A stretch of 63,625 bases of DNA. Source: Basidiobolus meristosporus CBS 931.73. Lineage: Eukaryota; Fungi; Basidiobolomycota. Below are positions 26,401 through 39,665 of the stretch, one piece after another. The notes beneath the pieces were generated by a model, which was not told the DNA's origin, did not search any database, and saw nothing but the letters and a program-made list of their open reading frames with translations. The stretch lies in assembly GCA_002104905.1 (NCBI GenBank), contig MCFE01000517.1, positions 1 through 63,625 on the forward strand, written 5' to 3'. A program made the translations under genes and the position numbers. Within the stretch, counting starts at the first letter, position 1. Each line of letters opens with the position of its first letter.

Positions 26401-28098
26401 TTGGCTCATTTTCTGTTCCCCTATGTGTCCTAGCCTCCTATGCCACGTCTCCCAGTTGGTTTCATCAGTTTCAGCAATGTTGACATAGTTAGGTACAATG
26501 ATCTTGCATTGTAACTTGTATATATTGTGATCTCTGATTCCCAAAGCTAATTTTTGTCCATTTTCACTCAATATTGAGCAGCTCAGCTTAGTAAAAACAA
26601 ATTTCAGTCCCTGAGTAGTTGCTTTACTGACTGAGAGTAGGTTCTTAGCTATTCCAGGTACATAGAGTACGTCAGTCAGTTTTGCTGTTGTTGCCCCTGA
26701 GTTATCACTCATATTTAGTTGTATAGACCCACTGGTGGTAGCTTCCAATGCAGAGTTATCTCCCAGATAAACCTTTCTTACGGGAATAGTCTTTAAGTTG
26801 CTGAACCAATCCTTTATACCACAAATATGCTGTGATGCTCCAGAGTCAATATACCATTCATTACTTTGGTTACTTGCACACTCTTGTACAGTGACAAATA
26901 GCTGTTCATTGGTAGTTATATGGTTTGCCTGCTCTAGTTTCTGTTTTTTGTCTGCATGTTTCTTCTTGCATTCTCTTGCCCAGTATCCTGGCTTCTTACA
27001 GTAGTTACAGCAGCCAGGTTTTCTTTGGTTTTGTTGCTTTCCCTTCTTTTCTGTATGCCTTTCTGAACTGAATAAAGCATTATCTTCAATTTTCTCTGCT
27101 TGGTCATTACGTCTGAGTTCCTCATGGAGAAGTCTTCCTTTGACATAGTCTAAAGTCAAGTTGTCTTCTCTGCTTTCAAAAGAAAGTATGAGTGGCTCAT
27201 ACTCGTCTGGTAGGCTGCAAAGCAGACAGAGTATCTTTTCTTCATCATCTACACCAGCATTAATACTGTAAAGTTCTTCTGCAAGTGTCTCCATTCTGGT
27301 AATGAGTTGTAGCATGTCATCATCTGGCTTTTTTCTCATGTTGAAGAACTTTTGTTTCAAATAAAGCTTACTTGATACTGACTTTGCTCTAAAGATCTTC
27401 TCTAAGGATTCCCATGCTGCTTTGGCAGTATTTGAGGCATGGATTTGACCAAAGAAGGAGTCTTGCACATTGATGCATATTGCATTGAAGGCCTTTCTCT
27501 CCTTCTCTTGAAACTTCTCCATATCTTCTGCTGTTCCTTTGGGCTCAACTTCCTTTCCTGTTACTATGTTCCAAAGCTTTCTTTCCTCAAGGTGGATCTG
27601 CATCTTGATTCTCCAAAGTCTGTAGTTCTTCCCATCAAACCTCTCCTTTACAGGGAATATGTTGGTATTGCTTTGTTTGCTGGTAGAAGTCATCTTTAGA
27701 ATAGATTAAGGCAATCGGGGCTCATAACCTGTTGCAATTTAAGAAGTGATTTGGATATAAGGAACTTATCAAGAAATAGTGATAATAGTTGAACTGTTGT
27801 TTATTCATAAAGAAGTTCAGTATTTATATTTTTGTAGAAGTAATACAGCTGCAACACTAAGTAGGGAGGGTTTCTCAATACTCAGGAGCATTCTGTAACA
27901 GTTTCAGGGTTAGTACATAATGTTTGGTAATAGTGCCAATTTGATCCTGACTATAGGTGAATAATCATAAGATCATATATCTGGAGAAAGTGGCAAAGTT
28001 AAGGCAGTAAATGAGTCCTACAGTGACTAAGACTAGCCTAGAATTGTTAAGTAAATTTTTAGCTGCTGAATGATACCAAATAGTCCAATATTTCAACA
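23413..28098 (-). mobile_element. Ty1/Copia family 2, full length, near-intact (4686 bp)
   Basis: 369-bp LTRs at 23413-23781 and 27730-28098 with 7 differences. TSD ATTCC/GTTCC (one transition). PBS GGTTATGAGCCCCGA and PPT GAGGGGGAG. Confidence 0.97.
23794..27693 (-). pseudogene. gag-pol: Copia-2 gag-pol single ORF (~1299 codons) with two in-frame nonsense mutations
   Basis: 25201-27693, 24682-25155 and 23794-24669 share one frame. Stops at 25201 and 24682 are probably K codons turned TAG/TAA. All Copia motifs are present; the zinc-knuckle His is replaced by Y. Confidence 0.95.
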
Positions 28099-28330
28099 GT
28101 TCCAAAGTTCCACTGAAGGCATTGTCACAACCTTTTGAGTTCTTGACATTATTACTTTGTCTGCTGGTGGGATCTCCACTCTGCCAACAATGGAGGGCAT
28201 GGAGGCAATAGTAAGAAAATTGCCTTTCTCTCTAAACTCATCAACCTCCCTGGAGTGTAGCTCAACTGGCTGCACTCTCAACTATTGAGAAAACAGCTGT
28301 TTTCTAGTTTGTAATTCCTCTTAACTATGA

Positions 28331-30185
28331 TTTTGCAGCCATACAGCCTTCATAGTTGCTAGCCATATATTCAGCTTCAGTTGTAGAAAGGGTTGTAGAT
28401 GGTTGTTTCTTGCAACTCCAAGTAATAGCTGCACCAGCATATAGAAATACATACCCAGTAGTGGAGCATCTGCTAAGTTGGATCCCTACCTCAGTCTTAA
28501 TCACATAAGCTATTGAATCTACCCTTATCAGTTGCTTCAGATTATTCCAGAACCTAATTGATTGTACCTTGCAGATATCTTAAGATTTGTATAAGTGGTG
28601 CAATTTGATCAGATTCATAATTCTGCATGAAATAACTGACTTTTCAAACTGCCACTGCAATAATAGAAAGTGCAGACACCATCAAATCCATCAGGCCACC
28701 ATCCATTGATTGATAAGGAAAGCTTTGGTCCATACATGAGCTGTTTTCACCAAAAACTGGCTGAGATTTGCTCAATTGCAGGTTTTGGCCATGGTGGTTG
28801 CTGCAATTTTCCAAGAACTTTCATCTCAGACTTGCTGAAGAGATCTGACTCTATCTGTTGAAATGCCTCCTGGTCACTTATGCCAATCTGGCTGTGCAAT
28901 GCTTTAGGTGCCTGCTGAAACCCATAAAACAGTTTCCTATATCTGCATACCTATAGGGGCCTTTTGAATTGGTAAAACCATCTGGTTGCTCCATATATAT
29001 AGCTTCTTACAGATCCCCTTTTAGAAAGGCTGTTTTAACATCCATTTGGTGTCAATCTAAAGTGTGTGCAGGTGCCAGGTCTAGAACTGTCCCAATGGAG
29101 TCAAATTGGGTAACCAGAGCAAATGTTTCCTTAAAGTTGAGTCCCTGGATCTGGGAATAGCCTTTGACCATCAATCTAGCTTGTTACTTATCAATGGCAC
29201 CATTTGAGAATACCTCAATCTTGTACACCCCGCTACATCATCTTGGCTTTTTCCTATTTGGAGTATCTACCATGTCTCATGTTTTTGCCCTGATCAGTGA
29301 TTGGTACTCTTCTTGCATGGCCTGGTGCCATATAATAACATCTGGCCTTTGCATTGCTTATTCCTGATTCTCAGGTTTGGAACAGTAGGCAAGATGAGCC
29401 ACTTTGTAATCATTTGATGTCTGCTACCCATATCCAGGGGTGTTTGTCATTCCGGTAGATATCATAATGGTGATAATTTGTTCTGATCTGGAACTCAAAT
29501 AGTTTCATCCATATCTGGCACGATTAGGTATGTATCTTCTTCATTAGTGGTGATTGCATCTTCAGGTAGCTGGCTAATGCACTCAGTGGCTTTCTGATTT
29601 AATTTCTCCTCAAATATAATACCCCTGCTCCTGAACAGCTTCTGAATCTTGCAATCACACATTCTATGCCCTTCAGAATCCTCACAATAGCCAAGAGAGA
29701 TCCCTTTTCTACTTCTTGGTTCCAGCATTGGGCATATTTTGGCAGGGATTTGTGTTCTTTTGTTTGCTGGTCAATGTTATCTTTGGGTTGAATTGAGGCA
29801 ATTGGGGCTCATAACTTGTTGCTATTAAAGAAGTGTTTTAGATTTAAGGAACTTATCAAGAAATAATGATAATAGCTGAACTGTTGTTTATTTATAAATA
29901 AGCACAGTATTTATTCCTTTCTAGAATTAATATAACTGTAACACTAATTATGGAGATTTTCTCAGCACTCAGGAGCATTCTGTTGCAGTTTCAGGGTTAG
30001 TACAAAATGCTTGGTAAGGTACTAATTTGATTTTGACTGTTGGGGAATAATCACAAGATCATAGAACTGAAAGAAAGTGGCAAAGTTAGGGCTGTAATTT
30101 AGTCCTACAGGGACCAAGACTAGTCCAGAATTGATAAGCAAATTTTTAGCTGCTGAATGACACTAAATAGTTCAATATCTCAGCA
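28331..30185 (-). mobile_element. Older, multiply deleted Copia-2 copy with 5' LTR at 29817-30185
   Basis: LEPRSRKGISLGYCED (29495-29728) and RT/RH pieces. The LTR is homologous to 27730-28098, with a decayed PBS AGTTATGAGCCCCAA. Confidence 0.85.
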
Positions 30186-32200
30186 GTTGCATTGCCTGTC
30201 AGTGGGATCTCCTCATTGTCCAAATGGAAGACATGGAGGCAGTAGTATACAAATTACCTCTCTCTGCAAATTCATTCACCTCACTGGAGTGTAGCTCAGC
30301 TGGCTGAGCTTCCAACTCTTGTGAAAACAGCTGTTTTCTTGTTGATAATACTTCTTGGCTATGATGGGATTCAGTCTGTTGCCAACTTACACCATTAGTT
30401 GGCAACAACAGCAGCTTTTTCTTATGCCGCCCTCTCTCTGGCTTGCATAGACTTTTTCCCCTTTATCTTTAGCGTTATCACTGCCAGGTCTTCCACTGCT
30501 ACTTTGTCTGAGTGCTCCTTGTATTGAACTACACTTTCTCCTTGATGATGCTTCTCTGGTGCATCTGTTTTAGCCTGATTTTCTCTTGGTGGGACTCTGC
30601 AGGCAACTTGATGCTGCTTTCCTGCTTATTTCAAGCTCTCAGCCCATGTTGTGACAGGCTCCTGCAGTTGCCACTTATTTTATCACTGTTGGGTCCTTTA
30701 CTGCTACTTTGACTGGTGCATCTTGAGTAGAAGTATGCTTTTTTCTTGGTAAATGTTGTGCATGTGCATCTGTGTCTTCCTGCTTCTCCTTTATTGACTC
30801 TCTTCCAGCTACCAGATACCTCTTTAATTTCTGTTTGGGGCTTTTGGCCCTGCTTGCAGTGGGCTCTTGAGGAAACTGCTGGTTTTTAGCCATTTCACCC
30901 TTGTCCTTCCACATTTGATAGTTTCTGCTATGCTTGTGATACTTTCTTAGCACCTCAATGCTGGCCCAAAAACTGCTTGCTTGTTTGTATCCAGGATAAT
31001 GCTCATGTAGAAAGTCAAGCACATATTGAATGGCCTTGAGTTCCTGATGGTCCCATGTTATGCCAGCCTTAAGTTGTTGGCATGCTAGACTTCTAACAGC
31101 CTCTTGTACATTAGCCCACTCTGCTTCATTGCACTCTATGGCTTCATGGATCTTCAATGTCTTTTGATTTTTAGGCTTTGGTATAAATGCCAGATTTTCT
31201 CACTCTCATGCTGTGATAGGTTTTTCTGTGGGCTATATCTTTGGCACTACTATTGTGCTTCAAAGACTGTACAGTGTTCCTCTGCTGTTACACTGGGAAA
31301 TAGCTCATTTTTGGCTGTGACATTGAGCTACTTAAATTCCTTCTTTGCAGCAAAGATACTGCCTTCTCTACCTGGGATATTGATTGCACTGCATGTATTA
31401 TCCACTCATCCTGTTTCTGGACTATTTCCTGATTTCTCTGGGCAATTGCATCCCTCCTATCAGCCACTGCACCTAATTGCCTGATTAATGCTTTGGTATG
31501 AGCTGACAATATACTTGCTAATACAGGTGGTGGTCAAGTTATGACAGCCACTTGCTGGTTGTCAGCTGAAGGTACTGCTTTTGCTACATTGTTTTCTGCC
31601 TCAGCAATATGGTCAGCTTGCAGCTCTGCAGAGATTACCAATTGCCTACTTGATTGAGAGCCTGAGGACTCCATATTATACCATTCAGTTGGCACACTAT
31701 CCACATGGCCTTTTTTGGTTGTAGCCCCACCTGTTGCACTAAATGCCAAAGCAAGCTGTTGTCCAACTGTTCTTCTGCTGCTGTAAATGGTGTGTTTGGT
31801 TGGGAACCAGACAATGTTGCTTTCTCCTTTGGCAGTATATATATGGAAGTGAGTCAAACAAAGAGGAAATAGTGTTACATATACATGTGCATGTGGTGAC
31901 ACAACTTTATCTATAATGCTTACTATGGCAGGTCATCATTGAATCTTACATCCATGTGGGTGCATTGTTGCAAGTACAAGACTGACTTAAATTCACACAA
32001 GTATTGACAAAAGATTGATATAATAGAGATACACTGTTGAGAGTCTGACTGTTTGCCCCATGGACAAGATTACTTTGATTTAGCACTGTAAAAGAAGAGA
32101 AAAAAGACCATGTGACTATTGCAGCAAGCCTCTCAGCCATGAAGCATGCAGACAGCATAAGAAGTATTACAAGGATCATGGCCAGTGTTTTGCATACAAG
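30186..32200 (-). pseudogene. CACTA ORF2 remnant and shared promoter region (copy T3)
   Basis: ORFs 30199-30408, 30675-31157, 31288-31509 and 31534-31902 are homologous to 47085-48574. Confidence 0.8.
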
Positions 32201-32299
32201 TCATATCTGACCATTCAGCAGTCACTGCTGTACCAACAATATCTTGCTGGCCACTTGATACTTCAATAATGGCATCTGGCTATACTTGTCACCTTGTGG

Positions 32300-35200
32300 A
32301 AACTGAGTCATGAGAGTTTGTGATGCCTTTAGGCCCACCCCATCTCTCTGAGTAAGGCACATAGAGTAATAGCTTTGAAGAAGCAGGCTCACTGATGGAT
32401 TGAGAGCCTATATTCCCTAGCAATAGTACCCTGAATGAACCTGGCAAAATCCCATTATGCAATGAGACAAAACCTGTGAAAAAAATGCCAAGGATACTTT
32501 ACGGTATCAGGTGAGCCCAGTAATCCATCTACTGGTGAATGATGTGATGTTGTGGTGCACAAAGTTGCATATTTCCACAAATATCAGTAGTGGTGGGTGC
32601 CAGAATTTACTACAACTTCTTGCCAAAATTATCCTGGGATTCAACTTATCATGTAAAATGTGCAAATGGAAAACTGTATGCAGCTGGCAACATACAGCCC
32701 AGAGACTGTCCTGATATCAGCATGCATTAACAATTGCATGGCATTCACATCAGAAAATGACACCATTGCAAGGTGTCCAACTTGTCAGAAATCCACCACC
32801 ACTAGGGGAAAACATTGTTCACATGCTAGACATATTCCAGTAGCACCCCATATAGAGAAGCTCATGCAGTCCAACAAATATTGTGAAGCTATAAAGAACT
32901 GCACTCAGTATCAAGCCTTTGCCTTGGCACCTGATGAACTCTCATTAACCAAGTACTCTACCAGTAAATCCAGTAGGCCACTGATTCTCATCAACCTGAA
33001 TCTGCCACCCATCTTACAGTATCAGAGCCAAAATCCAATGGTAGTCTCATTAGTATCTGGGCCAAAATCTCCATCCTACCTGGATAGCCACCTGTATCCA
33101 TTGCTGGATAGATATTGAATGCTTTCCAACAGGATAACAGTAAATGGCCATCATGCAAAAGGGCACATTATTTTGTTACAAGTCTTTGTATAAGAGTTGT
33201 AGAGGAATAGGGAGTTTGGCTAGTATTGTATTCACTAAAACTTGAGCTGATCTTTATTGAGGTTCCAGCAGCTCCTTATATACATTTTGCCAGGTCAATT
33301 GCTGACTAATTGTATTTCCTAATGTAGGTTGTAGCTGATGACTCATTTGATTGCATCATCATCACCCAATGAGTTCATACTTAATATATCTATTTCTGTC
33401 TGATAAGGATCTGCTGATTCATTTGCTGACTAATGCTACTGATTTCACAGATAATACTAATATATTGATAACCTAAACATATACTAATTGATTTGACTTA
33501 AAACTGATTTAACTTAAACATTCAAGCGGCAGATCATAACATTCTCCCCTAATAAAGTTGAGAAGGTTCTCCTGAATCTCTTTTGTTGTGATACCAATAC
33601 CATGATGATTCAGTATTCTCAGCAAGTCTTGCAAGCTTCAGTCTGTCCCTATGCACTAAGTACTCCCAGATATTGCCTTGTTTGTCTACTAGTTGGTAAG
33701 TTGCAAATGGACATTCTCTGATGATCTTGAATGGTCCTGTCTATTGTGGCTCAAACTTTTTCCAAGTGTTGTTTCTTAGCAATACAAAGTTCCCAACTGT
33801 CAATGCTTCTGGTGCTATAGTCTTATCAAGTCTCTGCTTCATCTTTTCTGCACTTTGAGATACTTTGGTCTGTGCCTCTTGTTGTCTTTGTTCCAATTGC
33901 TGGTGTCTACTGGGCTGACTAAGTTCATTGTCTAAGGCAACTGTAAGCTTGGGTTGTGTGAGATCTCCTGGAATCCTTGGTTTACATCAATACACTAAGT
34001 AAAATGGTGATTGTTGGATAGTGTTGTGCACTCTAACTCTGCAGGTAGTAACTATTTCCTAATGTAAGTTGTGGCTGATGACTCATTTGATTGCATCATT
34101 ATCACCCAATAAGATCCTACTTAATATATCTAGTTCTGTCTGAAAAGGATTTGCTGATTCATTTGCTGACTAATGCTACTGATTTCATATATAATAGTGA
34201 TATATTGATAACCTAAACATATACTATTTGATTTGACTAAAAACTGATCTAACTTAAACAGTCAAGCGGCAGATCCTAACAATTTACTATATTGGAGATA
34301 CCCAGCCATCAGCAAGATAGCTGGCTTTTCAGGGCACAATGGATGGTATTAATGTTGAATGTGCAGGATTCAGGGGACTAAGCTCTATAACTCACATGCA
34401 TTATTATTATCTAGACACCAACACCAAGAACATCATCTTCCTACCAAGAGAACATACAGCAGTCAGCACACAATTGCAGCAAACTTGGCAAGCCATAAGC
34501 CATTGGCCAGAATAAGGAATCAATTGGAAACCAGATATACTTTAGATAGAGGGAATTTGTTGGAGCAAAAGCTTTCCACTGGAAGCAATGTATTTGCTTT
34601 TCAGCAATATCCCTATACTGATGACCAAGTTATAGATGGCACATCTCAAGTTGATGGATTCTCATTAAACAAGTTTCCCACTAGCAAATCCAGCTGGTCA
34701 CTGATTCTCATCAATCTGAATCTGCCACCCATCTGACAGCATCAGAGCAATAATCCAATAGTAGTCTCACTGGTATCTGGGCATAAATCATTGTCCAACC
34801 TTGACAGCTACCTGTATACATTGCTGGATGAATCTCTTATGCTTTCCAGCTGGATAACAGTAAATGGCCATCATGTTAAAGTGCATATTGTTATCTGCAT
34901 TGGAGATAAACCAGCCATCTGCAAGATAGCAGGTTTTTCCAGGCACAATGGACAGTATTGCAGTCAAATGTGTGAGATCTAGGGGATTTACCCCATAACT
35001 CACACATATAATTATTTCCTAAACACCAGCACTAAGAACATCCTCTTCCCATAGAGGGAATGTACAGAAGTCAGCATGCAATTGCAGCAAAGCTGGCAAG
35101 CTATATGCAGTTGGCAAGAATATGGAATCAATTGGAAACCAGAGATACTTAAGATAGGTGGTATCTGTTGGAGCAAAAGCTTTCCACTGGAAGCAATGCA

Positions 35201-35795
35201 TTTGCTTTTCAACAATATCCCTATATTGATGACCAAGTTGTACATGGGGCATTTCAGGCTAAGTGAGCCCTTTGAGATATTAGAGAAATTTGAAAGAATT
35301 AGCAAGATATTACAGAATATCTGCTACCCTGAGTACTTCTCAAAGGCTCCAGTCAGCATTCAAATACATATGTAACAATACAAGTGCAAGGACTGGATGA
35401 GCTGGATATGTATATATTCCATTGGCATTCTGAAGCCATTCCTACCAAGAGTACATTGAAAGCATTGGGAGTCATATGAGGACATTGTAGGAATATTTAT
35501 CCAAAAGAAGATCACCAATGCCCATTTGATTCCTCTAGAGCTTTTGCTCAAAGAGTTTGTGGCAGGATTTTCATGGCTATATTTCAAGCTTACAGCTGAA
35601 TGTGTAGATCTCTGTCATTACGGTTTCCATTTGCTACTTAATCTTGCTTGGTGTGTTGAGAATATTGGACGTTGCTTCACCTTTTAGGAGTTTCCTATGG
35701 AGCACATGAATGGGAAGAAAGGAAGACAAGTCAAGTTGCAGGTACTACCATATCCCAATCTCATCAAGAATATAATCTTTTAGCCCTCATGAATA
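32300..35795 (+). pseudogene. CACTA tnp2-type transposase remnants (at least two overlapping copies), interrupted by a Gypsy mini-element
   Basis: CINNCMAF...RCPTC, LILINLNLPP, GPKSPSYLDSHLYPLLD, CIGDKPAICKIAGFSRH and MHLLFNN motifs. The PLILINLNL segment recurs at ~32980 and ~34700. Confidence 0.8.
33174..34281 (-). mobile_element. Internally deleted Ty3/Gypsy mini-element (1108 bp)
   Basis: TGTTA...TAACA ends with 4-bp TSD ATTT (33170-33173, 34282-34285). Full LTR at 33174-33541, PPT AGGGGAGAA, integrase tail (SPFYLVY..KFEPQ*TGPFKI..VHRDRLK), partial second LTR at ~34045-34281. Confidence 0.9.
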
Positions 35796-36305
35796 TGATT
35801 AATTGGCACATAGAGTATAGCCAGGAAGAGTTCATCAAAAAAATGTTGTTGCCATCTTGCCTTGGATAAGTTGGCATCTTTCAATTGGCCATTCTTTGCT
35901 CCGGAATTTGTATTATCCATTTGTTGGCCCTGGACAGCAAAAAAGATTCTACAATGGGTCTTTATGGATATTTTACCATTGCTTATCTTTTTGGGCCTGT
36001 TGCTGTATTAAGTCTTTTACATATTGTCAAAGGTGTTTCTAAATTAACAATTCTCAATCTGCCATTTATGATTGTATTTTATGTACTTTTTGGACCATCT
36101 ATCACGTATTCTCTTCTCCTAACTAACAGCAAATTATTAGTTTTTAATATAGTTGTATTCAACATTACTAGATGTCTCAAAACTCTTCTGACAATAGCAT
36201 ATATTGCCATAAATTTTGTTTATCTTGCCAACGTTCCAAATCATCGCAAACATATTAGTTATTCATACCCATATTATCGCCAACCTGTCGATTATCCATT
36301 TTCCA
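35795..36305 (+). pseudogene. Non-transposon insert encoding a multi-pass membrane protein fragment (ORF 35885-36412)
   Basis: No homolog elsewhere in the window and 4-5 hydrophobic segments. The same frame extends upstream past one TAA (35867-35869). Six CpG retained. Confidence 0.55.
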
Positions 36306-37160
36306 CCTTGATCACAAGCCAACCAATACACCATTCAATACAGAATTCATGCAAGCAAGAGCCTGAATGCACCTATAAGGGGGACAGAATGCAGCAGGGA
36401 GAAGGACAATAATGCCTAAATGTCAAAAAGTTCTTTGCAGATATTCAGGAGGTGTTCATTGCCAAAGTGGTAGCAAGCCAGCACATGTTAGCAAGATGTA
36501 TATGTTACCAGCAATACAAGGTGTATGGCAATTTTGCAAGCATTGCACTAAAAAGCTATAATGTTGAAGTGATAGATGTATATCAATTGCAGCAGGTGCA
36601 CGCATTTGTAGAGGTTTGTAAGCAGTGAGCCCTAGTATTTTTTGATTCAACCTATATGAGGAATACCAAGGTAGTAGTGGGTAAACAAATAAAGAGGGGT
36701 GATTCCATAGTGGAGTATATGAACTGTGCAAGGGAAGGTAGAAAAGGGAAATATCATTTGATAAATTGGTATGGTAGCATTATACAGAACTAGCTGTAGG
36801 CCGCCATACTGCCATGATAATGCCATCAGAGGCTTGCAAAGAGGCCATTAAAACACCTTCAAGTTTCTTGCCATATAGTGCAATTGGTACTGGCCAGTTA
36901 GATACACCCAAATAGTTGCAAAGTGCACAAAGACTATAACAATGCCATGGCACCCTTGGCAAAACACTCTAAAAGCACCATTATATATTATCATCTTTAT
37001 TTAGCTATAAAATTAGCAAAACACCATTGTGATCCCATCACAAGATTGTGTAGAGGGTCATTAATTCCAAGCTGCTAGTATTACAGCAGTCTTCTGACAG
37101 GATCTTGATGGCTGATCCAAATTTGATTCACCTGCTGGACCAAACTTTTTTTTCATAGAG
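36306..37160 (+). mobile_element. CACTA left-end region, terminus at 37160
   Basis: Ends ...ggaccaaacttttttttcatagag, the reverse complement of the CCCTATGAAAAA terminus. Confidence 0.75.
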
Positions 37161-37229
37161 ATTAGTTGGCATATAGAAGACAGCCACAAAAGGTTGGAAA
37201 TACAAAGGACAGATGTTAACATTGAGACA

Positions 37230-38213
37230 CCTGTACCTTTGGCATTAAGAAGCTAAGCCACCCCAAAGTGTGGGTAATCAGTTAAGTAATGCAGAGTTGG
37301 GTTGGGCACAACTAGCAACTGATTTTTATTAGGCCAACTGTACCATAGTATGCTGGGCTTCTTCTGGTCACAAGCCAATTATTACACCGTTCAATACAGA
37401 ATTTGCACAATCAAATGCCAGAGCACATTTATAAGAGAGACTAGAATCCAGCAGGGAGAAGGAATATATTGGTTAAATACTATTAAGTTCTTTGCAGAAA
37501 TGCAGGGGTCATTCATGGCAAAAGTGGCAGCAACCAAGCACATATTTGCTACATATATATGTTACCACCTATACAAGGTATATCGCAAATTTGCAAGTAT
37601 CCTGCTAAAGTGCTGTAAAGCTGAGGTGATAGAAATGTGTCAGTTGCAGGGGGTGTGTGCATATGTAGAAGTTGGTAAGCAGGAGACCATTTTTTTTGTG
37701 ATTCAAACTATATGTGGAATACCCAGGGTAGTAGTGGGTAAGCACATATAGAGGGGTGATTCCATAATAGAATATATGAATGGTGCAAGAGGAGGCAGAA
37801 AAGGAAAATACCATTTGGTAAACTGGTAAAGTAGCAATATAGAGAACTAGCAGTAGGCTGCCATACTGCTGTTATAATGCCTACACAGGTTTTCAAGTAC
37901 TTGGAACACCATTAAGTTTCTTGCCATATAGGGCAATTAGATGTATTTGCTGTCTAGGTCTGCTTAAATAAGTCAAGAGTGCATTAAGATCATTGGAATG
38001 CCATACAGTTCCTGTCAAAAGACTGCCTAAACACTGTCACATTTACTACATCATTTGGCAGTAAAATCAGCCAAATGCTGTTACAGTCCTATCATAATAT
38101 TATGTGAAGGGTGCATTATTCCATGCTGCCTGCATTATGACAGACTCATTGCAGGATCCTGATGGCTGATGTGAATTGGATCCACCTGCAGGACCAAGTT
38201 ATTTTTCATAGAG
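37230..38213 (+). mobile_element. Another CACTA left-end region, terminus at 38213
   Basis: Ends ...gcaggaccaagttatttttcatagag. Direct repeat of 36340-37160. Confidence 0.75.
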
Positions 38214-38229
38214 TATAATGGTAAACATT

Positions 38230-38937
38230 ATAAGCAACTAAGAAGCAAGGGCAGCCTTGAAGGTATGTTTGACCATGCATTTGTGTTTATGATTGATGGA
38301 TTCTCTTTAAGTAAGTACTTTACCCGCAAATTCTGCTGGCCACTGATTCTCATCAACCTCAATATGTCACTTATCTTGCAGTATTAGAGTAGAAATCTGA
38401 TGGTATTCTCACCAATATTAGGGCCTAAATCACCATCCAACCTGGATAACTACCCATATTCATATGTGAATGAGTATTGGATACTGTCCTGCCAGATACT
38501 ACTAAATAGCCGTCATATCAAAGTTTGTATTGTTATCTGTGTTGGAGATACCCCAGCCTTCAGCAAGAAAGCACGCATTTTGAGGCACTATGGACAGTAT
38601 TAGTGGTGAATTTGTGGGAACCAGGAGATTTACTCTAAAACTTACATGCACAATTATTATACCAAAAACAGCACTAAGAACATTGTCTTCCCACAGAGAA
38701 AACATACAGAAGTGCGCATGCAAGTGCAGCAAAGTTGGCAAGCTATGAGCCATTAACTGGAAACTGGAGATACCTAAAATGGAGGCAACTTGTTGGAGCA
38801 AAAGCTTTCCATGGGGAGTAATTTAGTTGCTTTTCCACAATATCCCTATACTAATGAGCAAGCTGTACCAGGCATCTCATGCTGAATGTACCCTTTGAGA
38901 AACCAAAAAAATTTATAAGAATTGGCAAGATATCACA
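38230..38937 (+). pseudogene. CACTA transposase copy P4, first part (host of C1); continues at 49298-50835
   Basis: GPKSPSNLDNY..CVGDTPAFSK motif. Joining 38937 to 49298 restores colinearity with 35300-35420. Confidence 0.8.
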
Positions 38938-39665
38938 CCCTATGAACAATAATTTGGTCCCGCAGGTGGATCCAACCATCATACATCATAATACCAGCAG
39001 CTTAGAACTAGTGACTCTCTTAACAATCTTATGATGGGATCATGACAGCATTTAGCTAATTCTACTACCAAATAAAGTGATAAAACATGACAAGATTTGG
39101 TTGGTGCTGTGACATTAATTGCATGGTATAATTGCGGTCTTATTACCCTCTACAACTATTTTAAATGGATCCAACTGGCCAGGACATCTAATGGCCTTAT
39201 ATGGCATGGAACTTGACAATATTTTAATGGCCGCACAACAAGACTCTGATGTTATCATATTGGCAGTATGGTGGCCTACAGCTGGTTCTGTATAATGCCA
39301 CCAGATCAAGTTACCAAATAGTATTTCCTTCTTCTACCTCTCCTTGTGCAATTCATGTATTCCACTGTAGAGTCACCCCTCTTTACTTGTTTACCCACTA
39401 CTACCTTGGGTATTCCACATATAGTGCAAATCAAAAAAAATATGGCCTTCTGCTTACTAACCTCTACAAACATGCACACCTGCTGCAATTGACATACTTC
39501 TATCACCTCAACTTTATGGCTTTTTGGTGTGATACTTGCAAAGTTCCTATATACCTTGTACTGCTGGTAGCATATACATCTTGCAAACACATGCTTGGTT
39601 GTCACCAATTGTGCCATTAATACCTCCTGAATATCTGCAAAGAACTTCTTGGTATTTAGTCAATA

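Noticed and set aside
13512-28098. Near-identical lengths of Copia-1 and Copia-2 (4685 vs 4686 bp)
   Set aside because: The LTR and ORF lengths differ and happen to compensate. Minimal Copia elements cluster around this size.
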